A DNA stretch of 64,000 bases from an uncultured Acidobacteriota bacterium (GCA_963767225.1 CAVYDD010000007.1:53887-117886); one strand, 5' to 3'; positions 39,776 through 49,577 are shown, counted from the first letter of the stretch. Notes: generated by a model not told the origin, from the sequence alone. Translations and numbers: made by a program.

Positions 39776-40523
39776 CCTGTCTCCTGATGCGGCTGGATGT
39801 TCTGGCCGTATGTTATACGCTTGCTGGCGTGGATTTGTTACGGACATCGTGTGATTCTGCCGACGGCGGCAGGAACAGGCGGTGAAGAGCAAGTGCGTGG
39901 GGAAATAAACCATGAAGACGAGGAAGAGGAAAGTGATGCAGAGATGCGTGGGAGCGGGGCCGTAGGAGCGATGGAGGAAGGGATCGGTGACGGCGAAATT
40001 GAGATTTTGGTCGGGGGTGACGAAGCGCGAGGCGATCAGGACGGGGACCAGGATGGCGGATTGTAGTTTCCAACCGCGACGGTCATAGCCCAGGCGGCTG
40101 AGCGACCAGAGCAGTATGAAGGGCAGGACGATGTGGAAGAGCGAGAGGAGCCGGGCCCAGAGCGGAGTGGTGGCGTCGAAGAGATATTCTGTGCCGCCGA
40201 TAAGGTGGCGGCCGGAAAATCAATCTGGTGGCTGTGTCGAGGGTCCAGACAATGTCGATCAGTACCGATGACACGGCTTGGCTGGAAATGAGGAGCGCGC
40301 TGTTGGCCCAGAGGCCGATGCAAGTGAGGATTACGGCGATGTCGCAGAGGTGGAGAAAATTCGCGGGGCCCCAGGCGTGCCAGTAGGCTGCGATCCAGAT
40401 GACGAGCCAGAGGAGCGCGAGCCAGCGGAACCAATCGGGGATTTTTTGGCGCGCCTGCGGTGAGGTGAGCATTTTGTGGCTGCGAAAGGGGACATCGTAA
40501 CAAAAGGGCCGGGGAAATCCCAA
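39776..40523 (-). pseudogene. polytopic membrane protein gene with internal frameshift (~40200)
   Basis: The ORF 40083..40523 (5 TM helices) continues after a 1-nt frame change near 40200-40210 into ...SGRHLIGGTEYLFDATTPLWARLLSLFHIVLPFILLWSLSRLGY... with no stop before the ICMT gene. The three frames each carry pieces of one coding region. Confidence 0.4.
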
Positions 40524-40601
40524 CGGACGTGGACGCGACGCGGCTTCGAAAATTCCGCATTTGTTGCGCAGGCGGCGTGGGCGCGTGCGAAGATTTGAGC
40601 A

Positions 40602-41603
40602 GTGATGACGATTAATCCAGCGTGGTTTGCGGCGGGTGGAGTGTGCGCGGCGGGCGGGTTGTTTGCGTGGGGGGCGCTCGCGCCGGGTTCGCAGCTTTTC
40701 GGGCGGACGTTGCGGCGTTTGGATGATGCGTCATGCATGGCGATTACGTTTGATGATGGACCGAATCCGTCTGTTACGCCGGGAGTGCTTGAGCTTCTTG
40801 CGCGGCACAACGCGACGGCTACTTTTTTTCTGATTGGGCAGCGGGTGCGTGCGTTTCCGGCTCTTGCGCGGGAGATTGCGGAGCGGGGGCACGCGATTGG
40901 CAATCACACGGAGACTCATCCTTCGCTGACATTTCTAACGCCGGGACGAATCGCGGAGGAACTCGACCGATGCGATGAAGCGATCGTTTCCGCTACGGGA
41001 AAATCGGCGCGATGGATGCGGCCGCCGTTTGGATATCGCAGCCCTTTGCTCGATGGAATCGTGCGGCGGCGCGGCGGGGCAGGGGTGGCGATGTGGAATG
41101 TGGCGGCGCGGGATTGGCGGACGCACGCGCCTGAGCCGGTGATTCAGCGCTTGCGCAGGGCGCGTGGCGGGGATATCGTCCTTTTACACGATGGCGATCA
41201 TCGCGTCCTGGAAGGGAAACGCGGGCACGTGCTGGCGGCTTTGGAATATTGGTTGCCGCGCTGGCGCGACGCGGGGATACAATTTGTGAATCTGGACAGA
41301 AGGGCAATTCAAAACTCAGGCGGGCTAAAGCGCATGGACGAAAAAAGATATTACGACGAGAAGCCCGAAACCAAGCAGATGACATTGGTTTGTCCGCATT
41401 GCCGGGAAGAGGGAGTGTACCCGGTGCGGTGGATGGCGCGCACGAAGAAGGGCGCGCTGCCTCCGGGCGGAAATGAGGACGATCGCGCGAAATTCGCGAA
41501 GGCGCGGTCTTATATGGTGCGCATGGACGATATGGTGGCGTGCCGGAATATTCGTTGCCGGAAGCGATTTGATCTTACCGGGCAGACCGTGATTCTTACC
41601 TAG
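40602..41603 (+). CDS. polysaccharide deacetylase (NodB-homology, CE4) with C-terminal Cys4 zinc-ribbon-like extension
   Basis: ITFDDGPNPSVTPGVLELLARHNATATFFLIGQRV NodB motifs 1-2. His ligands HTETHP. C-terminal CPHCREEGVY...CRNIRCRKRF. Confidence 0.8.
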   Translation: MMTINPAWFAAGGVCAAGGLFAWGALAPGSQLFGRTLRRLDDASCMAITFDDGPNPSVTPGVLELLARHNATATFFLIGQRVRAFPALAREIAERGHAIGNHTETHPSLTFLTPGRIAEELDRCDEAIVSATGKSARWMRPPFGYRSPLLDGIVRRRGGAGVAMWNVAARDWRTHAPEPVIQRLRRARGGDIVLLHDGDHRVLEGKRGHVLAALEYWLPRWRDAGIQFVNLDRRAIQNSGGLKRMDEKRYYDEKPETKQMTLVCPHCREEGVYPVRWMARTKKGALPPGGNEDDRAKFAKARSYMVRMDDMVACRNIRCRKRFDLTGQTVILT

Positions 41604-41610
41604 CAGCGCC

Positions 41611-41627
41611 GCAGCGGCTAAAGCCGC
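41611..41627. repeat. REP-like 17-mer GCAGCGGCTAAAGCCGC, 8 nt downstream of deacetylase stop
   Basis: Identical to 35644-35660. Forms a GCGGC/GCCGC stem with a TAAA loop. Confidence 0.45.
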
Positions 41628-41836
41628 AATGGTTTTGCGGCGGTTGTGGCACGCCTGAAGCAGCCGTACCCTGACGAAACTTACCGGTTCTCGGTTTTAC
41701 ACCCCATTCACAGAAGACTACCGCGGGAAGAAGTGCCGAAGGCGGGCACGGAGGCAGCCGGAATAGTCGCTGGGAGTACTAGGCCCGCCCCCCACGCTCA
41801 ATCATTGTAAAAAGATTGTCATCCCAGCGTGTTCGC

Positions 41837-41865
41837 TTGACATCGCGTCGCGATTACTATTAATT
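41837..41865 (+). promoter_or_regulatory. sigma-70-like promoter (TTGACA-N17-TTAATT) upstream of S53 peptidase gene
   Basis: TTGACA at 41837-41842, 17-nt spacer, TATTAATT at 41858-41865. Lies ~90 nt upstream of the RBS AGGAGAG and ATG 41956. Confidence 0.35.
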
Positions 41866-41955
41866 GCTCGTCGCTACCTTGGCATACGAACCGCTCGCAG
41901 CGGGAGTGTGCACTGGTGCACTTTTTGGGGGCGGTTGACGCCAGGAGAGATTTCG

Positions 41956-42141
41956 ATGAAAACAAGATTCATTGCAGCAGTTACGGTTGTGTTCGCGCTC
42001 CTCTTCAGCGCAGCGGTGGCAACAGTAGCGCAGTCGGCCAACGTGCAGTCACGAATCTCGCAGGCTGTGGATGACAAAAATATGGTGACGCCAACGTGTC
42101 GGACGTACACAATTTCCGCGCGCTTTTCAACCTACCTGTGA
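41956..42141 (+). CDS. signal peptide + start of sedolisin pro-region (5' fragment of S53 gene, separated from the rest by a frameshift)
   Basis: MKTRFIAAVTVVFALLFSAAVATVAQSANVQSRISQAVDDKN..., preceded by RBS AGGAGAG. An A5 tract at 42076-42080 marks the point where the frame must shift to join the catalytic-domain ORF. Confidence 0.45.
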   Translation: MKTRFIAAVTVVFALLFSAAVATVAQSANVQSRISQAVDDKNMVTPTCRTYTISARFSTYL

Positions 42142-44342
42142 ACGACCCGGAAGTGGTGCTGAACGGGCCGGATCCGGGGATTGATCCGAACGTCGAGCCA
42201 GAGGCAGTGATTGACGTGACTTGGTCTGGCGCCGTGGCCAAGGGCGCGAAAATCAAGATGGTGGTTTCCTCGAGCACGAATACCACAGAGGGCATTGCGC
42301 TTTCCGCGCTGTACATTGCCGACCACAACATCGCCTCCATTTCCAGCATGAGCTTCGGGCAGTGCGAACTGCACCTGGGCACGGCGGGAAACCAGTTCTG
42401 GAACGCGGTGTGGGAACAGGCGGCGGCGGAAGGCATCAGCGCATTCGTATCGGCGGGCGACGGCGGCTCGGCGGGATGCGACAACTTTGACACGGCTACA
42501 CGGGCGCGCGACGGGCTGGCGGTGAGCGGCGATGCTTCCACGCCGTTCGACATCGCCGTGGGCGGCACCGACTTCGGCGGAAACTTCTTCAATCCGGCGC
42601 AATTCTGGAGCGCGACCAACGATCCTACGACGCAGGCGTCGGCTTTGGGATACATCCCCGAGCTGCCGTGGAATGACAGCTGCACGAACTCGATTTTTGC
42701 GTTTATCGGATTCTCGACGGATCCGATTGCCAACTGTAATGACGCGAGTCTCGCAGGCTTCCTCAATATCATTGGAGGGAGCGGCGGCGCGAGCAGTTGC
42801 GTTTCCTCGGATGGATCGCACATTGCAAGCTGCAGCGGCGGATACCCGAAACCTTCCTGGCAAACGGGCGTAGGCGTGCCGGCAGACAGCGTGCGGGACA
42901 TTCCGGACGTTTCGTTGTTTGCGAGCAACGGATTCCTGGGATCGTTTTACATCATTTGCGAAGCGGACCTCACTCCGACCGGAATGTGCGATCTGAATCC
43001 GCCGTTCGAGGATTTCGCGGGCTTCGGCGGCACGTCCGTATCGTCGCCAGCGTTCGCGGGAATTCTGGGGCTGGTGAACCAGAAGACGCATGCGCGCCAG
43101 GGTAACGCCAACTTTGTGCTTTACAAGCTGGTGGCGCAACAGAACCCGGCAAATTGCAACGTGAATGGCAACGCGATTCTGACGACGCTGCCGGCAGCTT
43201 CATGCATATTCAATGACATCACTGCCGATACGAATGCGGTTCCTTGCGCTGCCGGTTCGCCGAATTGCGGCACCGAAGGCACCGCGCCGATCGGAGTGCT
43301 CACCGGGTACACTTCGGGTGTGGGATATGACCTGACGACGGGGCTGGGTTCGGTGAACGCGACGAACCTGGTGAACAACTGGAAGTCGGTGACGTTCACT
43401 CCGACGGTGACGTTGCTGAAGGTGAGTCCTGGATTCCTGGTGCACGGGCAAGCGGCGAATGTGGATGTAGCGGTGATCGCGAAAGGCGGCACGCCCTCGG
43501 GACAGATTGCGCTGAAAACAAATAATCAGAATCCGGCGGGCGATTTGACGCTCGGCGCAAACGGAACGATCAAGACCACGACGCATCTGCTGCCGGGCGG
43601 TCCTTCGCTTGTGACGGCGGATTACTTCGGCGACGGGACGTTTGGGCACAGCGATTCGAATGCGGTGCCGATTTTTGTGTTTCCGGAGCTGAGCACTACG
43701 AAAATCTCGTTCTTCTCGCTCAATGCACAGCAAACGGACACAGTGCCGTTTACGGGCGGCGGGTACGGCAGCATCGTGTTCCTGCGCGCAGACGTGGCGG
43801 GAAGATCTGGATTCGGGACGGCGACCGGCAGCGTGATCCTCACAGACGACGGCAGGCGGGTTCCGGGAAATCCGTTCAAGCTGAATTCCCAAGGAAACAC
43901 TCTTACGCCGAATTCGATTAACACGTTCTCGGTAGGGACCCACACGATTCGCGCGACTTACACTGGCGATTTGAGCTTCCTGCCGAACGAAGCGAAGCCA
44001 GCGTCGTTCGTAATCACCAAGGGCGTGACCGCGGTTACGGTCACAGCAAGCCCCACAACCGCCGCGGTGGGTGCGAGCGTGGTACTAACGGCGACGGTGG
44101 GTACTTCCAGCTTCGGCAATCCGCCGACCGGCAAGGTGACTTTTACCACGGGCGGAAAGAAACTGGGAGAAGTTACCGTTACCGGCAGCAGCGATCCTAA
44201 TACTGGGTTGGCCGCGGCTACAGCGTCCATTACCAGGACGAACCTCGCGATGGGAACGGACACGATTACCGCGACGTATAGTGGCGATCAAAATTACTCC
44301 GGAGCAGCGGGCATGGTGAGCGTGGCCATAACCATTCCGTAG
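42096..44342 (+). CDS. S53 (sedolisin) family serine peptidase catalytic domain + C-terminal tandem Ig-like domains, N-terminally truncated and probably decayed
   Basis: Catalytic motifs in sedolisin order: EAVIDVTW (Glu/Asp), SAGDGGS (oxyanion Asp), GGTSVSSPAFAGILGLV (Ser). Collinear with kumamolisin from ...VHNFRALFNLPVNDPEVV onward, but the ~200-codon pro-domain and first strand of the catalytic domain are missing. Four or more Ig-like repeats follow, ending TATYSGDQNYSGAAG. Confidence 0.6.
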   Translation: MSDVHNFRALFNLPVNDPEVVLNGPDPGIDPNVEPEAVIDVTWSGAVAKGAKIKMVVSSSTNTTEGIALSALYIADHNIASISSMSFGQCELHLGTAGNQFWNAVWEQAAAEGISAFVSAGDGGSAGCDNFDTATRARDGLAVSGDASTPFDIAVGGTDFGGNFFNPAQFWSATNDPTTQASALGYIPELPWNDSCTNSIFAFIGFSTDPIANCNDASLAGFLNIIGGSGGASSCVSSDGSHIASCSGGYPKPSWQTGVGVPADSVRDIPDVSLFASNGFLGSFYIICEADLTPTGMCDLNPPFEDFAGFGGTSVSSPAFAGILGLVNQKTHARQGNANFVLYKLVAQQNPANCNVNGNAILTTLPAASCIFNDITADTNAVPCAAGSPNCGTEGTAPIGVLTGYTSGVGYDLTTGLGSVNATNLVNNWKSVTFTPTVTLLKVSPGFLVHGQAANVDVAVIAKGGTPSGQIALKTNNQNPAGDLTLGANGTIKTTTHLLPGGPSLVTADYFGDGTFGHSDSNAVPIFVFPELSTTKISFFSLNAQQTDTVPFTGGGYGSIVFLRADVAGRSGFGTATGSVILTDDGRRVPGNPFKLNSQGNTLTPNSINTFSVGTHTIRATYTGDLSFLPNEAKPASFVITKGVTAVTVTASPTTAAVGASVVLTATVGTSSFGNPPTGKVTFTTGGKKLGEVTVTGSSDPNTGLAAATASITRTNLAMGTDTITATYSGDQNYSGAAGMVSVAITIP

Positions 44343-44366
44343 TACGTGCAGGAAAATTCGACGGAA

Positions 44367-44410
44367 TAAAAAAGCCCGCCCTTGGATGACTGGGGGCGGG
44401 CTTTTTATTT
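44367..44410. terminator. bidirectional rho-independent terminator between convergent S53 and hybrid-kinase genes
   Basis: AAAAAGCCCGCCC-ttggatgactgg-GGGCGGGCTTTTTATTT: an 8-bp GC stem flanked by an A-run and a T-run. Confidence 0.6.
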
Positions 44411-44527
44411 GTGTTGAGCTTTCGGCTCACGCGTGGTCGGCCAAGTCAAACATGCCCGCCTAAAAAGCAGGCGGCCGCTACCAAGGCCAAATCACAGGCT
44501 TAGATTGCGTGTGTTTTGCGGCGAAAT

Positions 44528-47158
44528 TTACTGGCGTAAGGAGCTGACGGGGACGTGTTCGAGAATTTCGCGGATTTTGGTTGCGAGTACTTTCAGGTTG
44601 AACGGTTTTTGCAGGAAGGCCATTCCACCCTCGAGGACGCCGTGACGGAACACACTGTCGTCTGTATAGCCGGAGATGTATAGAACTTTCAGATCGGGGC
44701 GAGTGGGGGCGAGGCGCGCAGCGAGTTCGCGGCCGCTCACCCGAGGCATCACTACGTCGGTGATGAGCAAGTGAATTTTTCCTTTGTGGGCGGCAGCGAT
44801 TTCCAGTGCTTGCACGCCGTCGGCTGCGTCGAGCACGTGATAGCCGCGAGCTTTGAGATATTCGCTGACGAGTTCGCGTACGCTTTGTTCGTCTTCGACG
44901 AACAGAATTGTTTCGGTGCCAGGTTCGTGGCCGCTGGTGATTTTTTCCGGCACTTTCTTTTCCATCGGCGCTTGCACCATCGGCAGATACACTTTGAACG
45001 TAGTGCCGTGGCCGACCTCGCTGTACACCCAGACGTAGCCGCCGCTTTGCTTGACGACGCCGTAGACGGTGGCGAGGCCCAGGCCGGTGCCGCGGCCTTG
45101 TGATTTGGTGGTGAAGAATGGCTCGAAGATGCGGGCTTGGGTGGCGGCGTCCATGCCGATGCCGCTGTCGCTGACGGTGAGCATGACGTAGGGACCGGGG
45201 TCAACGACGGCGTGCTCGGTGGCGTAATCGCGGTCGAGTTGCACGTTGGAAGTTTCAATGGTCAAGCGGCCACCGTCAGGCATGGCATCGCGCGCGTTGA
45301 CCACCAGGTTCAGGGCGACTTGCTCGATCTGACTGGGGTCCGCCTTTACGCGGCCGAGGTTGGCGCCGGGCAGAAACGCGAGTTCGATATTGGCGCCGAT
45401 GACGCGCGAAACCATCTGAATCATTCCGGCGACGACTTCGTTCAAGTCCAAGACGCGCGGCTGCAGCACTTGCATGCGGCTGAAGGCCAGTAACTGGCGG
45501 GTGAGACCGGCGGCGCGCTCAGCGGCCTGCTGGATTTGTTCGACGTTTTGGCGCGCGGGACTTTGGCGATCGGCAGTGCTGGCGGGCAAGCGATCGAGGA
45601 GCATCTCGGCGTGGCCCTTCACTACCATCAGTAGATTGTTGAAATCGTGGGCGACGCCGCCGGCAAGTTCCCCGACGGCCTGCAGCTTTTGCGACTGGCG
45701 GAGTTGGTCGGCGAGCTGTTTGCGGTCGGTGATATCAAGCGCGACGCCGATCACGCCGATAATTTCGCCATCAGGTCCACGCAGCGGGCGCACGTGAGAT
45801 TCGAAGATGCGCTTCTGCCAGTGCAGTTCGTAGGTGAGAGATTCGCCAGCAAGGGCGCGCCAGTGCGCGTTGATGGAAGGGTGCTGAGCGTCGTTGGTCT
45901 CAAAATATTCGGCGAGGGTCTTGCCGGTGAGGCCGCCGGATTTTACGCCCAGCGAATCCAGGCCCGCGCCCATGCTGGAGGTGTAGCGCAGATTTTTGTC
46001 GGTGGTCCACAGGACGGCGGGCATGCGCTCGATCATCATGGCCAGGCGCGCGCGGCCCTCGTGGCGTTCGATCTGAGATTTTTCGAGGTCTTCGAGCATG
46101 CCGTTGATGGCGACGCCGAGGAATGCCAGTTCGTCCTGGCCCGGCACATCCACGCGCGTCGAAAGATCGCCGCTGGCGCCGATTTGCGTGATGTTCTCGG
46201 TGAGGTTCGCGATGCGCGAGATGACGAAACGCTCGAGCAAGTAGAGGGTGGCCGCGCCGAAAACGAATCCCGCAGCGACTAGCAGCAGCAGAAATTGCAC
46301 CAGGCTGGTGTGGCCCTGCTCGTAAATGGTGCGGGGGAGCAGGACGCGGATGATGACGGCGGGGCGGCCATAAATGTCGTTCAAGACCTGATAGGCTGCG
46401 AGGGACTGGCTGTCCAGCGGGGCGATGAAATTCGGTGCGCCCTTGGAGATGGCCGCGGCTGCCGCTTTGAAATCGGGGCTGAGGGAGGAGGAAGAAAGCG
46501 TCTGCGCCTCGACGGGCATGAGCGTGAGGTCGGCCAAGTGCTGAATTTCGGCGGCGTCGAGCAGGTGGCCCATGATCATGGTTCCGGCAATTGGACCGGT
46601 GGCGTCGCTGGCGAGAATGGGGCGGGCATCCACTAGCGCGGGCCCGCCAGGAAGATCTAGAACTCCGGCGATCTTGCTGTGGGCATCTTTCACGCTGAGG
46701 AGCAACGCGCCGGACTTCAGGTGATCATCTAGGCCCGCGGGAACGGGCATCTCGCCGCCGTGGGTGAGGTCAAAGCCCGTGGAAAAGAGCTTGCGGCCCT
46801 GGGTATCGAGGATCACGACGAAGCTGATTTTCAGCTCCTGAAAGGTTGGGGCCGGGAATTCAGTCTTGATATAACTTGGCCGCTGGCCGCGGGCAAATTC
46901 GTAGGTCAAATCCCACGTCGCGTATTCGCTGGTGGTCTGGTCGAGGGTATTCAGTTCGTTCGCCAGGGCGCTGGAGGCCCGCGCGATGTCTCGGCCGGCG
47001 AAATCCTCTTCGAGGATGGCGAAGCCGCGCATGAGGACAATGCGCGAGAGCATGAACAAGCCGCCGACGAGGCCGAGCATGGTAATCCCGATGATCAGCA
47101 AAGTCTTGCGCCGTAGAGAGGACGGCACACGAAGTTGGGCTATTTGGAGGGGTCCCAA
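44528..47158 (-). CDS. hybrid sensor histidine kinase/response regulator (extracytoplasmic sensor, HAMP, PAS, HisKA, HATPase, REC)
   Basis: 876 aa. TM-bounded N-terminal sensor, H-box [20 protein letters not shown]-boxes DSGIGMD...[11 protein letters not shown], and a C-terminal receiver (ILFVEDEQ...[17 protein letters not shown]). Confidence 0.85.
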   Translation of the reverse strand: MGPLQIAQLRVPSSLRRKTLLIIGITMLGLVGGLFMLSRIVLMRGFAILEEDFAGRDIARASSALANELNTLDQTTSEYATWDLTYEFARGQRPSYIKTEFPAPTFQELKISFVVILDTQGRKLFSTGFDLTHGGEMPVPAGLDDHLKSGALLLSVKDAHSKIAGVLDLPGGPALVDARPILASDATGPIAGTMIMGHLLDAAEIQHLADLTLMPVEAQTLSSSSLSPDFKAAAAAISKGAPNFIAPLDSQSLAAYQVLNDIYGRPAVIIRVLLPRTIYEQGHTSLVQFLLLLVAAGFVFGAATLYLLERFVISRIANLTENITQIGASGDLSTRVDVPGQDELAFLGVAINGMLEDLEKSQIERHEGRARLAMMIERMPAVLWTTDKNLRYTSSMGAGLDSLGVKSGGLTGKTLAEYFETNDAQHPSINAHWRALAGESLTYELHWQKRIFESHVRPLRGPDGEIIGVIGVALDITDRKQLADQLRQSQKLQAVGELAGGVAHDFNNLLMVVKGHAEMLLDRLPASTADRQSPARQNVEQIQQAAERAAGLTRQLLAFSRMQVLQPRVLDLNEVVAGMIQMVSRVIGANIELAFLPGANLGRVKADPSQIEQVALNLVVNARDAMPDGGRLTIETSNVQLDRDYATEHAVVDPGPYVMLTVSDSGIGMDAATQARIFEPFFTTKSQGRGTGLGLATVYGVVKQSGGYVWVYSEVGHGTTFKVYLPMVQAPMEKKVPEKITSGHEPGTETILFVEDEQSVRELVSEYLKARGYHVLDAADGVQALEIAAAHKGKIHLLITDVVMPRVSGRELAARLAPTRPDLKVLYISGYTDDSVFRHGVLEGGMAFLQKPFNLKVLATKIREILEHVPVSSLRQ

Positions 47159-47364
47159 GGGAGGCCTCAGTTGGTATTATATCGGCTGCGGGGTGGCTGT
47201 GGATTTTGCGGTGTCTTAGTCGTACACGGGTGCATTGGCGCTGGCGGTGCTGGGAAGGATGTCGTGGCGGGTGGCGGGGAAGTTTATGCTGGATACATCT
47301 CGCCGGTCGTGGGCAGGCATCTTTAGTATTTAACCCGTATGGAATCGCGTGGAAGAGGCGTCAG

Positions 47365-48333
47365 ATGAAAAAGAGTTCGCTTCGCTTGCTGCAGGCCCTT
47401 CTATTGGTGATGGCGGCTGGCTGCGCGCTTTCTGCAGTAGCGCAGGATGCTGGGCCGATGTCTCCCCCGCCGGCTGCGGCGGCTGCTCCCGCTACCGTAC
47501 CCGCGAGCCAGCCTACGGCGCGGAAACAGCAGGATGGATCTGGTGGCGCGCCTGCTTCGGGCACGCCTGAGGCTCCGGCAGCGACGTCTGGGTCGAACCC
47601 TGTTGGTTCGCCGGCGACTGGACCCCCTGCGAATGCTACTGCGGGTGCGCCGGCGGCTCCTGGTGCTCCGGCCGTGGCGTCGGCGGCCAAGATCATGGTT
47701 CCTGCGGGGACGCACATTCCGCTGGTACTGCATAACGCGGTGTCCACGCGTAGCGCGCGGCCAGGCGACCCGGTGTACTTCGAGACTTTGTTTCCGGTGA
47801 TGATTGACGGGAAAGTGGTGATCCCTGCGGGATCGTACGTGAGCGGAGAAGTCACAGAGTCGAAGCGGCCGGGGCGTGTGAAGGGCCGCGGCGAATTGAT
47901 GATCAAGTTGACGACTATGATTTTGCCGAACGCGTACATGGTGAACCTGAACGCGGTGCCTAGCAATGCAGAGACGGGAGGCAACGAGACTACCGACAGC
48001 GAAGGCAAGATCATCGGAGACTCGGAAAAGGGGCACGACATCGGCACGATCGCTAAGACTACAGCGGCCGGCGCGGGCATCGGGGGATTGGCGACGCAGA
48101 GCGGGCGAGGCGTGGGAATCGGCGCGGCGGCCGGGGCGGCAGCGGGTTTGGCGGCGGTGCTGCTGACGCGCGGGCCGGATGCGGAGATGCCGCGCGGGTC
48201 TACGGTGGAAGCGGTGATTGACCGTTCGCTTTATTTGGATGCGGACAAGGTTCAGTTCACGGGGCCGGGGCAGGCTTCGTCGCTGGCTGGCCCGGCGAAT
48301 CGCGAGCCGGTGCGCAATCGCGATCCTTTTTAG
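47365..48333 (+). CDS. secreted protein with Pro/Ala-rich linker and C-terminal TrbI/VirB10-like beta-barrel domain (orphan)
   Basis: ATG 47365. Signal peptide MKKSSLRLLQALLLVMAAGCALSAVA and a ~100-aa P/A/G/S low-complexity region. Then VPAGTHIPLVLHNAVSTRSARPGDPVYFETLFPVMIDGKVVIPAGSYVSGEV...MILPNAY, which matches the TrbI/VirB10 C-domain pattern (PAGTxIPxxL...IPxGS...ILPxG). Confidence 0.45.
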   Translation: MKKSSLRLLQALLLVMAAGCALSAVAQDAGPMSPPPAAAAAPATVPASQPTARKQQDGSGGAPASGTPEAPAATSGSNPVGSPATGPPANATAGAPAAPGAPAVASAAKIMVPAGTHIPLVLHNAVSTRSARPGDPVYFETLFPVMIDGKVVIPAGSYVSGEVTESKRPGRVKGRGELMIKLTTMILPNAYMVNLNAVPSNAETGGNETTDSEGKIIGDSEKGHDIGTIAKTTAAGAGIGGLATQSGRGVGIGAAAGAAAGLAAVLLTRGPDAEMPRGSTVEAVIDRSLYLDADKVQFTGPGQASSLAGPANREPVRNRDPF

Positions 48334-48349
48334 ATTTTTGATTGCTGCG

Positions 48350-49552
48350 TCAGGATCCGGAAGCGCCGCGACTTGCGTGCGCCCGCGCATGCTCGTGGGA
48401 TTTTGCGGCGGTGAAACGTAGCGGCGAGAAACTCTCCGCGTTGAAATTCGATTTTCCGGTGACGATCCAATCGCGCATGATTTTCGCTGTAGCCGGCGCC
48501 AGCAGAATTCCGTTGCGGTAGTGTCCGGTGGCTAGCCACAGGCCTGCGATATCTGTAGGGCCGATGATAGGTAGAAGGTCGGGCGTGCCGGGGCGCAATC
48601 CTGACCAATCTTCTACAATTTTCGCGTCAGCCAGCGCTGGAGCTAGCTCGAGCGCGGCATCGAGGATTTGGCGAACGCCCCGCGGCGTGACTTGTTTTAC
48701 GAAGCCGGCGTCTTCAACGGTGCTGCCGGCGATGATGCGGCCATCGCGCCGCGGCACCAGATAGCCATATTCCGAGCGCAGAACTTTTTTCAGCTGCACG
48801 GTTGGCGAACGCAGCGCGAGCAGTTGGCCGCGTACCGGATGGACGGGGGCGTACTGGTTTAGATGCAGCTGTTGATGCGGATCGGCGTCGTGCGCGGCCG
48901 CTTCTGTGATGGTTCCGCAAAAACTTCCGGCGGCAATGACTACCTGTTTGGCTGCGATTTTCTGGCCGGCGGCAATCACCCCGGCGCAAGTTTGGCCTTC
49001 ATAGAGCAGGACATCCACAGGGCAATGGGCGCGAATTTCGGCGCCGTTTTGCTTTGCCGCTGCGAGGACGGCTTCCACGAGCAGGCGTGGGTCTACCGTT
49101 GCTTCTTCCGATAGCCAGGCGACTGCGCCAGCCTGCGGGCCCAGCGAGGGCTCGTGGTTGCGCGCTTCGTTCAGTGAGATCGCTGCGGCGGCTAATCCCA
49201 GGTGGTGAAATCCGGCGACCATTTTATTGCGCGCGATTTCAGCATGGCGGCCGCGGAATATTTCAAACGTGCCGTTGCGCGTGAAATCCGTGGGCTTGCC
49301 CGAAGCTTTTTCGATCGCCGCGATGAATTCAGGGTAGAGATGCAGACTTTTTTTGCCGAGAGGCACCAGCGCCGAAGATTCGGGCGAATCCGGTCCCGGC
49401 GAAAGCATTCCAGCCGCGGCCCAGGATGCTTCGCGGCCCGGCTCCTGGCGATCGAGCATCGCGACGCGCAATTTTTCAGACGCAAGCTCGAAGGCGATCG
49501 AGCTGCCAATCAATCCGCCGCCAACGATGATTACGTCGTAAGCGCTCACCAA
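48350..49552 (-). CDS. FAD-dependent oxidoreductase, glycine oxidase ThiO-like (DAO family)
   Basis: GTG start. N-terminal dinucleotide-binding fold YDVIIVGGGLIGSSIAFELA and DAO-family architecture, ~400 aa. Confidence 0.75.
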   Translation of the reverse strand: MVSAYDVIIVGGGLIGSSIAFELASEKLRVAMLDRQEPGREASWAAAGMLSPGPDSPESSALVPLGKKSLHLYPEFIAAIEKASGKPTDFTRNGTFEIFRGRHAEIARNKMVAGFHHLGLAAAAISLNEARNHEPSLGPQAGAVAWLSEEATVDPRLLVEAVLAAAKQNGAEIRAHCPVDVLLYEGQTCAGVIAAGQKIAAKQVVIAAGSFCGTITEAAAHDADPHQQLHLNQYAPVHPVRGQLLALRSPTVQLKKVLRSEYGYLVPRRDGRIIAGSTVEDAGFVKQVTPRGVRQILDAALELAPALADAKIVEDWSGLRPGTPDLLPIIGPTDIAGLWLATGHYRNGILLAPATAKIMRDWIVTGKSNFNAESFSPLRFTAAKSHEHARAHASRGASGS

Positions 49553-49577
49553 ATCATATTATCAGGAAATGTTGCCG

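Noticed and set aside
44455-44475. Second small hairpin CCGCCT-aaaaagc-AGGCGG between the convergent genes
   Set aside because: Stem is only 6 bp and no U-run follows on either strand. The adjacent 44367-44410 structure is the convincing terminator.
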